Counted from the whole stretch's first letter, positions 19,676 to 29,493 are shown. The stretch: 63,919 nucleotides of DNA, filler included, from an uncultured Methanosarcinales archaeon (GCA_964398115.1; 16 parts of 16 records of this genome joined end to end with filler, not necessarily neighbours in it); one strand, 5' to 3'. Made by a program: numbers and translations. Notes: a model not told the origin generated them from the sequence alone.

Positions 19676-19820
19676 GCGGGCGTGCCGGAGCGGCCAAACG
19701 GAACGGACAGTTGCTAAGACTGGTTCAAGCTTAGGCTGCTCTGGAGGTCTTTGGGGCTTCCAGCGGTAGAAGAAACCCGTTGGCTTAGTGCCTTCGCAGG
19801 TTCAAATCCTGTCGCCCGCA
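19676..19820 (+). tRNA. tRNA-Leu(TAG) with two introns (19707-19728 at 30/31; 19736-19774 at 37/38)
   Basis: Acceptor GCGGGCG/CGCCCGC, a long variable arm and T arm GCAGG-TTCAAAT-CCTGT. Removing both inserts gives ACGGG-CT-TAG-GA-CCCGT. Confidence 0.88.
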
Positions 19821-19824
19821 TCTT

Positions 19825-20307
19825 TCATTCTTTCATATATTCTTGGAATCGCTTGTACACTTGTGTAGAAATGTAAAATCCTTTCTCCATCATATTATCT
19901 AAAATTTCTGTTGCTTCGTCGGCGGTTATCAAACCTTCTGTTTTTGCTTTCATTATCACGTAAAGAGTGCCGTGAGATTCAACACCTACGATGTCGGCAT
20001 ACGCCTTGGCCTGGTCATCATCTAAAAGAACTATACAATTTTTTTGATCGGCAAGTGTTATAGCTTTCTTCTCCGCTTCTGCGATTGCGTCGCTTTTCAA
20101 CAATTCAGAAGGATGTACTTCCTCTATCTTTATCCATCCTTCTTTCTTCGCTTTGTTTAATTCAATCCACTCAAGACTGTCATCCTTGACTTTGATTTCT
20201 TCTTCAACACTCAACGGTATCTTAACTTTTTCGAAAAGGTCTTTCAAGAGATTTAGTTTTCCTATCTTACCCAGAAATATCAAAGGTGAAGTATTGGAGA
20301 CTATCAT
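19825..20307 (-). CDS. PIN-domain protein (DUF3368 / COG2405 type)
   Basis: MIVSNTSPLIFL, VLLDD, HGTLYVI and GFYIS. Confidence 0.88.
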   Translation of the reverse strand: MIVSNTSPLIFLGKIGKLNLLKDLFEKVKIPLSVEEEIKVKDDSLEWIELNKAKKEGWIKIEEVHPSELLKSDAIAEAEKKAITLADQKNCIVLLDDDQAKAYADIVGVESHGTLYVIMKAKTEGLITADEATEILDNMMEKGFYISTQVYKRFQEYMKE

Positions 20308-20606
20308 TTCATTGCAGCCTTGAAGTCTTTCTTAAGCGATTCTTCAGAATAGTTCATTGGAATTCCTTGATCGGCAGCGGCTTTGACAAAGTCAGCCAAT
20401 GGAATTTTTGCTATACTGGCTGCTTTCGCCAATGTTACTTTCTTCTCCCTGTATTTTTCTAATGCTAGCCTTTTCAACTCTTCCTTAACCCCTTCTGAAA
20501 GTAGTTCTCTAACTATCTTTGCCTTGTCAGTTTTTTTCTCATCGACAAGAAACTCTATTTCTTCGAGGATGTCGTCCGGTATCCTGGTTGCTATAGTCGA
20601 ACCCAT
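20304..20606 (-). CDS. UPF0175 family antitoxin with RHH N-terminus
   Basis: TIATRIPDD...ALEKYREKKVTLAKAASIA. Overlaps the PIN gene. Confidence 0.85.
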   Translation of the reverse strand: MGSTIATRIPDDILEEIEFLVDEKKTDKAKIVRELLSEGVKEELKRLALEKYREKKVTLAKAASIAKIPLADFVKAAADQGIPMNYSEESLKKDFKAAMK

Positions 20607-20681
20607 GTTTACATTTACTAAAGAACGTAAACTTATAAAGTTTTTTCTTCAAAAACTAGATAAAATCAGAATGACGCTAGC

Positions 20682-21065
20682 TTATACAAAGAATATTTCT
20701 ATAAATCCCCAAACTACAAGGAAGAACCAAATAGCTAAGAAAACATACTGACTCGTAGTCAAATCCTTAGTTGACTTTTCTGCAATGTGCTTGACCTCTT
20801 CCGGATAATCAAACATTTCCATCATTACAAGTAATGAGGTGAATCCCATAACCGCAAATATTTGTACAATCGTCAACTCCGTCAACAAAATGGTGAAGAC
20901 TATGAATGCCAGAATTATCAACACCGCTTTGCTTTTGTACGGATTGTCATAAGCGATTTGCGTGAGGTCCAACCACTGCTCCCTATCACCTGCAATCATC
21001 AAGACTTTGATAATACTCGTTATGATGACCGCAGCGGCGATAACCTCCAATGGTGTAAGTGCCAT
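20682..21065 (-). CDS. Hypothetical membrane protein
   Basis: Four hydrophobic segments. Confidence 0.65.
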   Translation of the reverse strand: MALTPLEVIAAAVIITSIIKVLMIAGDREQWLDLTQIAYDNPYKSKAVLIILAFIVFTILLTELTIVQIFAVMGFTSLLVMMEMFDYPEEVKHIAEKSTKDLTTSQYVFLAIWFFLVVWGFIEIFFV

Positions 21066-21156
21066 ATCTCTTTTTTCTGCAATTCCTTATATATAAAGTT
21101 AACCACTGGACATTTGTGCGCGTGAGGCTTTTAAGAAGAAGAAATCTAATAACATT

Positions 21157-22167
21157 ATGGATAAAATCGGTGCAACCAACTTACAAGTATTATTAGGGAA
21201 GCTTATAACTATGTTAACCCCTAATAAACCAAAAATCGATTTGGAAAATTACTTACTTTCTCTAGTTGAAAAGTCTGATAGAAAAGAAAGCTCCATCTAT
21301 ATTAATGGAATCCATCCAATAATCCAAAAAATATGGGAAGATATTGTATCAAGCGGAAAAAGAAAAGAAGTGATAAAAGAATTACCCGTTCACGCCAACA
21401 GCATTTATGGTTACAAAAACGGCAAGAAAAACATCTCAATCCAATTACTTTGGAAACTGATCAACTTGTGGATAGTCCATTGCGAGAAAGATGAATCTGA
21501 AAAAGATAAACTATGGGATGATATTTTCAGAAAAAATTCTGGTTTTTCAGTTTCTTCAGGTTCAAATAAAACAACTTTACCTAAAAGTATAACTCCAAAA
21601 CTTTCTTACTTTATTGGATGGATGATAGGGGATGGGCACTTAAGCGACAAGGAAAACCACTATCTTATTAAAATAAGTGAGAAGTCTGTTCCTCAATTAG
21701 AAAATGTGTTGAAGCCTATAATAAAAAGTTTATTCAGTATTAATCCACCTATTTTTCGAAGATACAAAAAAGGATATGCTATTCAGTTTGGATCAAAACC
21801 TCTATTCAGATTTTTGAAGAACGTATTGAAAATTGAAAATGGAAAAATCCCCCTCCTAGTAGAGAAACTGGATCAAGAAAATCTTTCATATTTCATTCGT
21901 GGAATTTTAGACTCCGATGGGTGTATACACAAAAATAGACCTAGAATTTCTATAATTCAATCTTCTAAGCAATTTCTCCTTCAACTAGGAAGATTATTAG
22001 AAAAACTCGATATTGATTGGAACGGTCCAACATTACATAAAGGAAAATTAGGAAACTGGTATACCATAAAAATCGAAGGAAAGAAAAACTATGAAAAATT
22101 TTCACAAAAAGTTTCATCTGGTCATTTAGATAAGTTGACAAGAATAGCTGAAGGTGTAAGTACATGA
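21157..22167 (+). CDS. Free-standing LAGLIDADG (DOD) homing endonuclease-like protein
   Basis: Two LAGLIDADG blocks (YFIGWMIGDG, YFIRGILDSDG). No intein splicing motifs at either end. Confidence 0.85.
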   Translation: MDKIGATNLQVLLGKLITMLTPNKPKIDLENYLLSLVEKSDRKESSIYINGIHPIIQKIWEDIVSSGKRKEVIKELPVHANSIYGYKNGKKNISIQLLWKLINLWIVHCEKDESEKDKLWDDIFRKNSGFSVSSGSNKTTLPKSITPKLSYFIGWMIGDGHLSDKENHYLIKISEKSVPQLENVLKPIIKSLFSINPPIFRRYKKGYAIQFGSKPLFRFLKNVLKIENGKIPLLVEKLDQENLSYFIRGILDSDGCIHKNRPRISIIQSSKQFLLQLGRLLEKLDIDWNGPTLHKGKLGNWYTIKIEGKKNYEKFSQKVSSGHLDKLTRIAEGVST

Positions 22168-23255
22168 AGAAGACTGGAACTGCGAATCTTCCTTTGCACA
22201 CGGGGAAAGCACCTCGATGGTTGTTCAAAAAGATGGAGAAATTAGCTGGTGCTATTTCTAAAGAAATAATTTATGAGTACGGAGAAAGCGAGTTTTTGAA
22301 TCGTGTTAGTAATCCGTATTGGTTTCAAGCTTTTGGAAATGTGTTAGGATTTGATTTTCACAGTTCAGGTCTTACTACTACGGTTTGTGGTGCTTTGAAA
22401 GAAAGTTTGAATGATATGGATTTAGGTGTGGAAGTTGCGGGTGGTAAAGGACGAGTTAGTAGGAAGACGCCTGAAGAGTTGGAAAATTCAAGCATTGCTT
22501 TGAACGACGTTGATGATTTGATTCGGTCGAGTAAGATGAGTGCTAAAGTTGATACTAGTGTGGTTCAGGATAGTTATCAGTTGTATCATCATGTCATTCT
22601 TTACAGCGAAGACGGGAAGTGGAGCGTGGTGCAACAGGGTTTGAACGATAATAATGGTTATGCGAGAAGGTATCACTGGTTATCTGATAATGTGGATGAA
22701 TTTGTTGAGGAACCTCATAATGCTGTTTGTTGTGATAGTGAGAATGAAACGTTGAATTTAACGGCGAAGCCGTGTGAGGAAGCGAGGAATGTAAGTGTTG
22801 ACCTGGTTAATGATAATCCGAATCATTTGAGGAAGTTTTTTGATGGTCAGAGTGTGATTGGTGATTTTACTGGTTCGAATAAGAAGTTGCATATGCGTCG
22901 TGGCCATTGGATTAAAAGTACTGATTTGTCGGAGAGGGATTGGAAGGTTTTGAGACGGGCGTATGAAATCCAGCCTGAGGATTATGAAGAGCTTGTCGCT
23001 ATTAAAGGGATGGGTCCGAAAAAAGTTCGTGCTTTGGCGCTTGTTGCTAATGTTGTTCACGGCTCGGAGGTAAGTTGGAAGGATCCGGTGAAGTATAGTT
23101 TTGCTCACGGTGGCAAGGATGGAACTCCAAGACCTATTGATAAAGAAAGTTATGATAACACAATTCAAACTTTGCAAGAATCTGTTCAAAACTCGGATAT
23201 GAAAGATAAGGATAAACGTAAAGCGTTGAAGAAATTGAGTGAGATGATAGAATAA
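22164..23255 (+). CDS. DUF763 family protein
   Basis: LPLHTGKAPRWLF, DFHSSGLTTTVCGALKE, ARRYHW and YSFAHGGKDGTP. Confidence 0.93.
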   Translation: MKKTGTANLPLHTGKAPRWLFKKMEKLAGAISKEIIYEYGESEFLNRVSNPYWFQAFGNVLGFDFHSSGLTTTVCGALKESLNDMDLGVEVAGGKGRVSRKTPEELENSSIALNDVDDLIRSSKMSAKVDTSVVQDSYQLYHHVILYSEDGKWSVVQQGLNDNNGYARRYHWLSDNVDEFVEEPHNAVCCDSENETLNLTAKPCEEARNVSVDLVNDNPNHLRKFFDGQSVIGDFTGSNKKLHMRRGHWIKSTDLSERDWKVLRRAYEIQPEDYEELVAIKGMGPKKVRALALVANVVHGSEVSWKDPVKYSFAHGGKDGTPRPIDKESYDNTIQTLQESVQNSDMKDKDKRKALKKLSEMIE

Positions 23256-23256
23256 G

Positions 23257-23382
23257 TTATAAGACGCTGTCTATGAATTCTTTCTGCTGTTTAGACCATT
23301 CTTTGTCATCACTTTCCCTAACATACTTTGCCCAGTATTTAATCATCCATTCTCGATCTTCCTTATTTTTTTCGTCATTCAT
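23257..23382 (-). CDS. 41-aa protein coupled to the nucleotidyltransferase-like gene
   Basis: MNDEKNKEDREWMIKYWAKYVRESDDKEWSKQQKEFIDSVL. Overlaps the stop of 23375..23944. Confidence 0.6.
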   Translation of the reverse strand: MNDEKNKEDREWMIKYWAKYVRESDDKEWSKQQKEFIDSVL

Positions 23383-23944
23383 GTTCTTTCAATAAGTCTT
23401 TATAGTATTTAATCCTTTCCTCATCTAAATTGTTTTGAAAAACTTGCCTCAAATGCATGGCGTCTTCTCTGTCTTTAGCCGTTTTCAACATTTCTTCTTT
23501 GAAGGCTATTTCCATTTCTAGACTTGAAACATTTAGATTTCTATCGTTCAGTTTTACACTAATCTTATTTTCTAACGTAGTTTCATCAACTTCCGATTTT
23601 ACGAATTTGACTTCCACGTTTGGAATTACTTCATCTGATCGAGCATATCTTAAAGCATGCCCGCTTTTGAGCAAGCTGTAGAGTTCTTCTTCGTTATCTT
23701 CATTCAAACACCAAAAATCTTCTTGTAAATCTTCATGAAGGTTTTGAAATCTTTCTTTACTAATATAAGGGATTAAAAGATCTATATCTTCTGTAACTCG
23801 AGTTCTTCCAAAGAGTATCGCTACGTATCCGGCTACTAAAACATAGTCAATGTGTTCTTCTAAAACGTCTGAAAAATCAATTATAAGCTTATCTAGCTTG
23901 TTCAACTCTTTTTCTAAAACTATTTTTCCGTCTTGATATTGCAT
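23375..23944 (-). CDS. Nucleotidyltransferase-like protein
   Basis: YVLVAGYVAILFGRTRVTEDIDLLI and KDREDA. Confidence 0.75.
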   Translation of the reverse strand: MQYQDGKIVLEKELNKLDKLIIDFSDVLEEHIDYVLVAGYVAILFGRTRVTEDIDLLIPYISKERFQNLHEDLQEDFWCLNEDNEEELYSLLKSGHALRYARSDEVIPNVEVKFVKSEVDETTLENKISVKLNDRNLNVSSLEMEIAFKEEMLKTAKDREDAMHLRQVFQNNLDEERIKYYKDLLKEHE

Positions 23945-24066
23945 TAAGAAATTGTAGAGTTTTTGTGTTTATATATTCTCTGCACACACTTGTCTAGTGC
24001 ATATTTAGTTTCAATATTGTCGATAAATACCTCTTTCAGAAAAAGAATCTGCTTTTCAAGGGAACT

Positions 24067-24237
24067 CTACTTACCGTCTTTTTTCCAGTTGTAGTCTCTC
24101 TGCTTTTCACTTTTGCCGAAGCCGCAGCTAGCACACTTCTTTTTTCGGATGTGGTAGCTGTGTTCGCCACACCTTCTGCATTTGATGTGTGTTTTCTTTC
24201 CTGACTGTTTTCCTTTGCTTGGAGTCCCTTTTGCCAT
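24067..24237 (-). CDS. rpl37e: 50S ribosomal protein L37e
   Basis: Manual translation [37 protein letters not shown]. Below the ORF-track cutoff. Confidence 0.95.
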   Translation of the reverse strand: MAKGTPSKGKQSGKKTHIKCRRCGEHSYHIRKKKCASCGFGKSEKQRDYNWKKDGK

Positions 24238-24247
24238 TTACTTCACC

Positions 24248-24475
24248 TTATTGTGGTGTGATTATGTTTATGTTGTCTCCTCTTATGAAGACGGTTCCGA
24301 GTTTTCTTTTGACGTCTCCGTCTTGTCTTTCTTCTGCTTCTTCTAGTACTGTGTTGATGTGGATGTCGAATGCTCTGAGCTTTCCGACATAGGTACTGCC
24401 GTTCTTCAATTCTACTACTACTCTATCGTGTCTTGATTCATTTAATGCGTCCAGTGGTCTATCGGGTTCTCCCAT
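24248..24475 (-). CDS. Sm-like archaeal protein (SmAP1/Lsm)
   Basis: RPLDAL, GKLRAFDIHINTVLEEA and FIRGDN. Conserved position next to rpl37e. Confidence 0.95.
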   Translation of the reverse strand: MGEPDRPLDALNESRHDRVVVELKNGSTYVGKLRAFDIHINTVLEEAEERQDGDVKRKLGTVFIRGDNINIITPQ

Positions 24476-24535
24476 AGATAAATCACCCCGTGTGTGGATT
24501 ATCTGGATGGAATGTCAGTTGCTTTATAAATCTTG

Positions 24536-24901
24536 TTATATGATGTCTTCATTTTTCAAGAAATAAACCAATAAATATACACCTATCGCGCCGTCGATGT
24601 AAGCGGCGGTGTCTTGCACTCCTAAAATGAATTGAGAAATACTGAATATCAGAAGGCAGGCTCCAATAAAGCCGAAAAACCTGTTCATCCAAGTTTGTCC
24701 TTGTTCAGTATGTAGCTTGTCTTGATATTTGTATCCGAGCCATGCCCCGATTATTATGAAAATTTCGCCGAGTACGAAAGCCACTATTATCCCGCTCCAT
24801 GGTATATTTGAGAATAATTTAATCGCTAACAATACTATTATTATGAACAAACTTATTTTTGCTACTCTTTCAATCATGTCTTCTTTGGTAATGTCAGGCA
24901 T
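24536..24901 (-). CDS. Hypothetical four-TM membrane protein
   Basis: Hydrophobic ORF. Confidence 0.6.
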   Translation of the reverse strand: MPDITKEDMIERVAKISLFIIIVLLAIKLFSNIPWSGIIVAFVLGEIFIIIGAWLGYKYQDKLHTEQGQTWMNRFFGFIGACLLIFSISQFILGVQDTAAYIDGAIGVYLLVYFLKNEDII

Positions 24902-25135
24902 GTTGCTTTACACCTGTCTTTCCTAGTATTTAAAATCAGGGATAATCTNNNNNNNNNNNNNNNNNNNNNNNNNNNNNNNNNNNNNNNNNNNNTTAATTAA
25001 TTAANNNNNNNNNNNNNNNNNNNNNNNNNNNNNNNNNNNNNNNNNNNNTCAGGCATGTTGCTTTACACCTGTCTTTCCTAGTATTTAAAATCAGGGATAA
25101 TCTTTATAAACCGGTTGTTTTTTCTACAAGTTGCA

Positions 25136-25519
25136 ATGGTAATAACGCACAACCAGACTAACAAGAAGCCAAGTGGAGGTACTTTGAACACTCCACAGCC
25201 GAAGAGACTTGCTCAACGAGGCAATCCTCCCATCCATACAAGGATTGGTGAGAAAAAGGTTAAGTTGAGAGAAGGCCTCGGTGGAAATACAAAAAGAGCT
25301 TTGGTAGCAACTGAAGAGGCTAACGTTCAAGATCGTGAAGAAGGCGAAAGTTTCACCGCAGAAGTTGAGAACGTTGTTGAAAACCCTGCTAGCAGGCACT
25401 TTGTTAGGAGGAATATCATTACGAAAGGCGCGGTTATTGAAACTAGCGAAGGGAAAGCTAGGGTTACTAACAGGCCTGGTCAGGAAGGAGTTGTTAACGC
25501 TGTACTCCTCAAAGAATAA
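25136..25519 (+). CDS. rps8e: 30S ribosomal protein S8e
   Basis: KKPSGG, VVENPASRHFVRRNIITKGAVI and VTNRPGQEGVVNAVL. Confidence 0.96.
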   Translation: MVITHNQTNKKPSGGTLNTPQPKRLAQRGNPPIHTRIGEKKVKLREGLGGNTKRALVATEEANVQDREEGESFTAEVENVVENPASRHFVRRNIITKGAVIETSEGKARVTNRPGQEGVVNAVLLKE

Positions 25520-25584
25520 TAGTGTTACTTCTTAGTTACAACAAATCAAAAGTTTTAAATAGTAGAGAATAATTTCTAAAAAGT

Positions 25585-26325
25585 ATGACCCGAGACACAC
25601 TAGGACAAAGATTACGAAGACTAGACCAAAGTGAAGTAGAACAATTCTTCGACGCTATAGCAAATACCACCCTACCACAAACACAACCAGAAGATCTTAC
25701 AAGAGCTCAACACGCACGAAAATATCTAGACAACCTAGCAAAAGAAGGAAGAAACTACACTCCAGAAAACGAAAAAAGACTAACACAAATGTTCAAAATC
25801 CACCTCTTCCCAACCTTACACGAATCACTAGACTCAAGAAAAGAAATAGCTCTTCCTGAAAGATACCATGAAGAAACTACTGACAGAGAACACTACGCAT
25901 TAGAAGGAGGATGGCACGCACTCTGCATCCCAGATACCAACGGAAAAATAGGATACGACCCTGCCAAGTTCGAACACGCACCTATAGAAGAAGTCGCAGG
26001 ACATCTAATGAAAAGAGGAACACAATTCTGGAAAAAACAAAATGAGGAACTTGGATATATAGGAGACTTCAACCCAAGACTTGGACACAGTAAAAAAGAC
26101 ATTGACAAATTAAGCGACAGATTCCACTGGAGACAAATCATCAAAAACGAAAGAGATCCTGAAAAGCTTGCACACACGTTAAGCCTTATAAAAAGTTCAG
26201 AACACGAACACTTCCCACTCGAATCCAGAATAAACGACATCGCCAATACTTTAGACATAAACCCAGGAACGATTGAATACATCAACCGAGAATTCGGTCC
26301 TGAAATAGGTGAGTACTTCCGATGA
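25585..26325 (+). CDS. Hypothetical protein
   Basis: 246-aa ORF with host-like codon usage. No recognised family. Confidence 0.65.
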   Translation: MTRDTLGQRLRRLDQSEVEQFFDAIANTTLPQTQPEDLTRAQHARKYLDNLAKEGRNYTPENEKRLTQMFKIHLFPTLHESLDSRKEIALPERYHEETTDREHYALEGGWHALCIPDTNGKIGYDPAKFEHAPIEEVAGHLMKRGTQFWKKQNEELGYIGDFNPRLGHSKKDIDKLSDRFHWRQIIKNERDPEKLAHTLSLIKSSEHEHFPLESRINDIANTLDINPGTIEYINREFGPEIGEYFR

Positions 26326-27026
26326 AAGAAAGAGAAAAAGAAAGGATGAACGAATTTGTGGCGGAACGGTTAGAAAACACTCCCTTGTATGAAGTAAAGG
26401 AAATGAATGATGAAGGCGTCTTAGTAGCAGAAAACACGGATTTAATAGAACGACCCAGCCCGTTAGAAATACAAGTTTTAACCCACCCAAGCACTTCTGG
26501 AAAGATGACTAAAGAAGAAATTAGCGAAAAGAATAAAAGAAACGCTAGACAAGGGAGAGCCACCGCTAACGTTTTCTATGGAGATGGAGAACACTTCCGC
26601 AGACCGCTAAGTCATAAAGAAAAACATGGAGCGATCCATCCAGACGACCAACCGTACGTTGATGAAATGCTTAAACTAAGAGACTTAGAAAGATTAGCAA
26701 GAGGTCAACATGCACAATCACACGAAGGTTTACAACGAGATAATGCCAGACTAGCTTACTTCATACCAGGCGACTTAGACAACCCAGACCATATAAGCAT
26801 TGTACAAGCAAGAGATGTGAGGAGAAAGTTAAAAGATTCTATGGCAGATTTCCCCGGGGGAATAACAACAACTTACAAGACAAGAGTAAAACCAGAAGAA
26901 CAAGTAAGAATTGTAGAAAACCCTGAATATAGTGGAAACACAGACGCTACTGTGACAGACAAAGCAGCCCTGGCCGTAGATGACAAAAATTATCGAGCAT
27001 TCCTCACCGGCTTAACCAACAAATAA
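26322..27026 (+). CDS. Hypothetical protein
   Basis: 234-aa ORF with a GGTGA SD and an ATGA overlap with the previous gene. Confidence 0.65.
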   Translation: MKEREKERMNEFVAERLENTPLYEVKEMNDEGVLVAENTDLIERPSPLEIQVLTHPSTSGKMTKEEISEKNKRNARQGRATANVFYGDGEHFRRPLSHKEKHGAIHPDDQPYVDEMLKLRDLERLARGQHAQSHEGLQRDNARLAYFIPGDLDNPDHISIVQARDVRRKLKDSMADFPGGITTTYKTRVKPEEQVRIVENPEYSGNTDATVTDKAALAVDDKNYRAFLTGLTNK

Positions 27027-27059
27027 TATTATTAATCACACCTTTATTTTTCTAACAAA

Positions 27060-27713
27060 ATGACTGACTTAATGCAATTTTACCAATTGTTAAAAGAACA
27101 ACACAATGATGTAAGCCATGATTGGTGGCCGACCGTCAGTAAAAACAAACGTTTCGAAACCATGGTTGGTTGTATCTTAACCCAAAACACGGCTTGGACA
27201 AACGTAGAAAAAGCAATTGAAAACTTATACCAAAATGATTTGCTCCAGCCGGAGAAGATTAGAAAGGTAAATATTGAAGAATTGAAAGACTTGGTCCGAC
27301 CAAGTGGTTACTACAATCAAAAAGCAAAGCGGTTGAAAAGACTAGCCCACTTTCTCGAAGAATACAGCATTCAAGACTTGCTAGACATGCATGTGGAAAA
27401 ACCCCGCAAACTATTACTAAAAATTAAGGGCGTGGGTCAAGAAACCGCCGACTCTATACTACTATATGCCTTGGACAAACCCATTTTTGTGATAGACGCT
27501 TACACAAAAAGAATCGTCAGCCGATGGGGGTTAATACCAGAAGATATCAGTTATGAAAAACTGCAAAAATTTTTCATGGACAATTTAAGGCGAGACGTGA
27601 ACTTATACAAAGAATACCACGCCTTACTTGTAGAACATGCTAAAAGTATTTGCACAATCGACCCGTTATGCGAAGCTTGTAAACTCTTCGAAGTGTGTGA
27701 GAAAAACATATAA
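27060..27713 (+). CDS. HhH-GPD DNA glycosylase (endonuclease III-related, COG2231 type)
   Basis: GCILTQNTAWTNV, LLKIKGVGQETADSILLY, FVIDAYTKR and a C-terminal four-Cys cluster. Confidence 0.92.
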   Translation: MTDLMQFYQLLKEQHNDVSHDWWPTVSKNKRFETMVGCILTQNTAWTNVEKAIENLYQNDLLQPEKIRKVNIEELKDLVRPSGYYNQKAKRLKRLAHFLEEYSIQDLLDMHVEKPRKLLLKIKGVGQETADSILLYALDKPIFVIDAYTKRIVSRWGLIPEDISYEKLQKFFMDNLRRDVNLYKEYHALLVEHAKSICTIDPLCEACKLFEVCEKNI

Positions 27714-27738
27714 ATCAATATAGAGAAGTAGTTAGAAC

Positions 27739-28482
27739 ATGATAGAGTGGATACTAATAATCGCAGCGATTCTCATCGCAGTTCTCATATTTCAATTCAT
27801 AAAAAAAGCTGTTAGTCTAATGTTTACAGCAGCTACAATCGTAGCGATAATACTAGTAGTGATGGGAATATTCGCCTACACCGACGCTGCAAACTTCCAA
27901 AAAAAGTTCAGCACCACCCAAAGCATATTCGTACAAAGCCAGAACGGCACTCACTTAAACACGGTAATTCTAAACTTCAACACAAGCGAGAAAGAAATAG
28001 GATTCCAACACTATGAAGGACCACCGAGTATAGAGGAACTGATGAAAAAAGATACCATGCCGGAAGGATACTACAAGATATTCGTATTAGAAAAACAGGC
28101 TTTCAAAAACGCAGAACTTGAAGACGTTCCTATAGGAGCAGGCAATTTATCCAAGAACGAAACCATACGAGCAATGTATAGCGACACTCCAATAGAGGTT
28201 ACTGTCAATGCGTTGGTAAAAGACACAAATTACACGCGTGAACAACTCAGAGAAAACTTAGAAAACAATTTCGAAGACGAACAACAAGTTAGAAGATACT
28301 TATTTGGAGAAAGCTTAATGGATGTCTTTGGAACTAACCCTTTAAACGTTATTTCAGGCGTTCACGAAGGAAACATTCTTATACATCCAGAAACATTCAT
28401 GTTCAAAAGCATAAAGCTAATACCGTTCAAAATTTTCGAAGGAGCGGATAAAATAGCTGGTACTAATAGTTCAGAAGAGTGA
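27739..28482 (+). CDS. Hypothetical membrane-anchored protein
   Basis: Two N-terminal TM helices and several N-x-S/T sequons. Confidence 0.65.
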   Translation: MIEWILIIAAILIAVLIFQFIKKAVSLMFTAATIVAIILVVMGIFAYTDAANFQKKFSTTQSIFVQSQNGTHLNTVILNFNTSEKEIGFQHYEGPPSIEELMKKDTMPEGYYKIFVLEKQAFKNAELEDVPIGAGNLSKNETIRAMYSDTPIEVTVNALVKDTNYTREQLRENLENNFEDEQQVRRYLFGESLMDVFGTNPLNVISGVHEGNILIHPETFMFKSIKLIPFKIFEGADKIAGTNSSEE

Positions 28483-28489
28483 AACTTGT

Positions 28490-28856
28490 ATGGGAATCAT
28501 GGACAAAGTAAAGTTTTGGGATGACGAAGATGACATGGATCTCGACTCAGAACTACCACCTATAGAAGAGGATGAAACACCGGGACAAAGACCGTCTAGT
28601 CCCGGACAAGACCCAGTAGAGGAATTCCCAGATAGGAAGAGTTACAATCAAGAAAAGTATCAAGATCAAGGTAACCAGCAAAATCCTTTCCCACAACAAA
28701 ACCAGCAAAGCCCGGCACGACATGGCACGACAGGAAACGTGCAAAAAGACCTTGAACTAATATCTAGCAAACTCGACGCTATAAAATCAGAGCTTGACAG
28801 CATGGATCAAAGAGTAAGGAGAATAGAAAAAATCGCGTTAGACGAGCAAGAAGAAA
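28490..28856 (+). CDS. Hypothetical low-complexity/coiled-coil protein; C-terminus continues at 49853-49942
   Basis: KDLELISSKLDAIKSELDSMDQRV coiled coil. The last 55 nt are identical to 49853-49907. Confidence 0.7.
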
Positions 28857-28956
28857 NNNNNNNNNNNNNNNNNNNNNNNNNNNNNNNNNNNNNNNNNNNN
28901 TTAATTAATTAANNNNNNNNNNNNNNNNNNNNNNNNNNNNNNNNNNNNNNNNNNNN

Positions 28957-29486
28957 AAGGACAAAAGACTTCCATAGATTTCAAAATTGTAAAAGAATGG
29001 CTAACCCAGCAAGGATTCTCCGAACGAGACGTAAAGGTTTATGGCAAAACAAACAACGAATGGAAGGAACTCAACGCACAGAAATTGAAAGAAAGAAACG
29101 GGTCGATCTATTACAAGACTAGTGGCGAAGACAGCATTGAAGCTTTCAGCGTGGGAGCGTCAAAACAAAAAACATCAGCAAACAAGGAATCAGCAAAGAA
29201 AGTTCAAGAATCATCAAGTTTTTTCAACACCCCACAGTTCAGCCTGATAGCAATAACGTTGATACTCATAACCGGCGGGTTCACAGCCTACCTCAAAAGA
29301 GACCAGCTTTCAGAAATGTTTGGCCAAAAATCAAATGCTTTAATGCAACTAGAACAAAGTAAGAGGCAACAACTAGTCAACTACGTACAAAGAATGAAAG
29401 CGGAAGGTTATCCAGATGAAACTATTAAAGAAGAATTAACCCGAACAGGTTGGAGCGACGAAGTAGCAAACGCGCTTTTGAAATAA
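28957..29486 (+). CDS. PGF-pre-PGF-like surface protein, C-terminal part
   Basis: IDFKIVKEWL...WKEL...YYKT...FSVG, followed by a TM helix and a GYPDETIKEELTRTGW tail. Confidence 0.65.
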
Positions 29487-29493
29487 TATCCGA

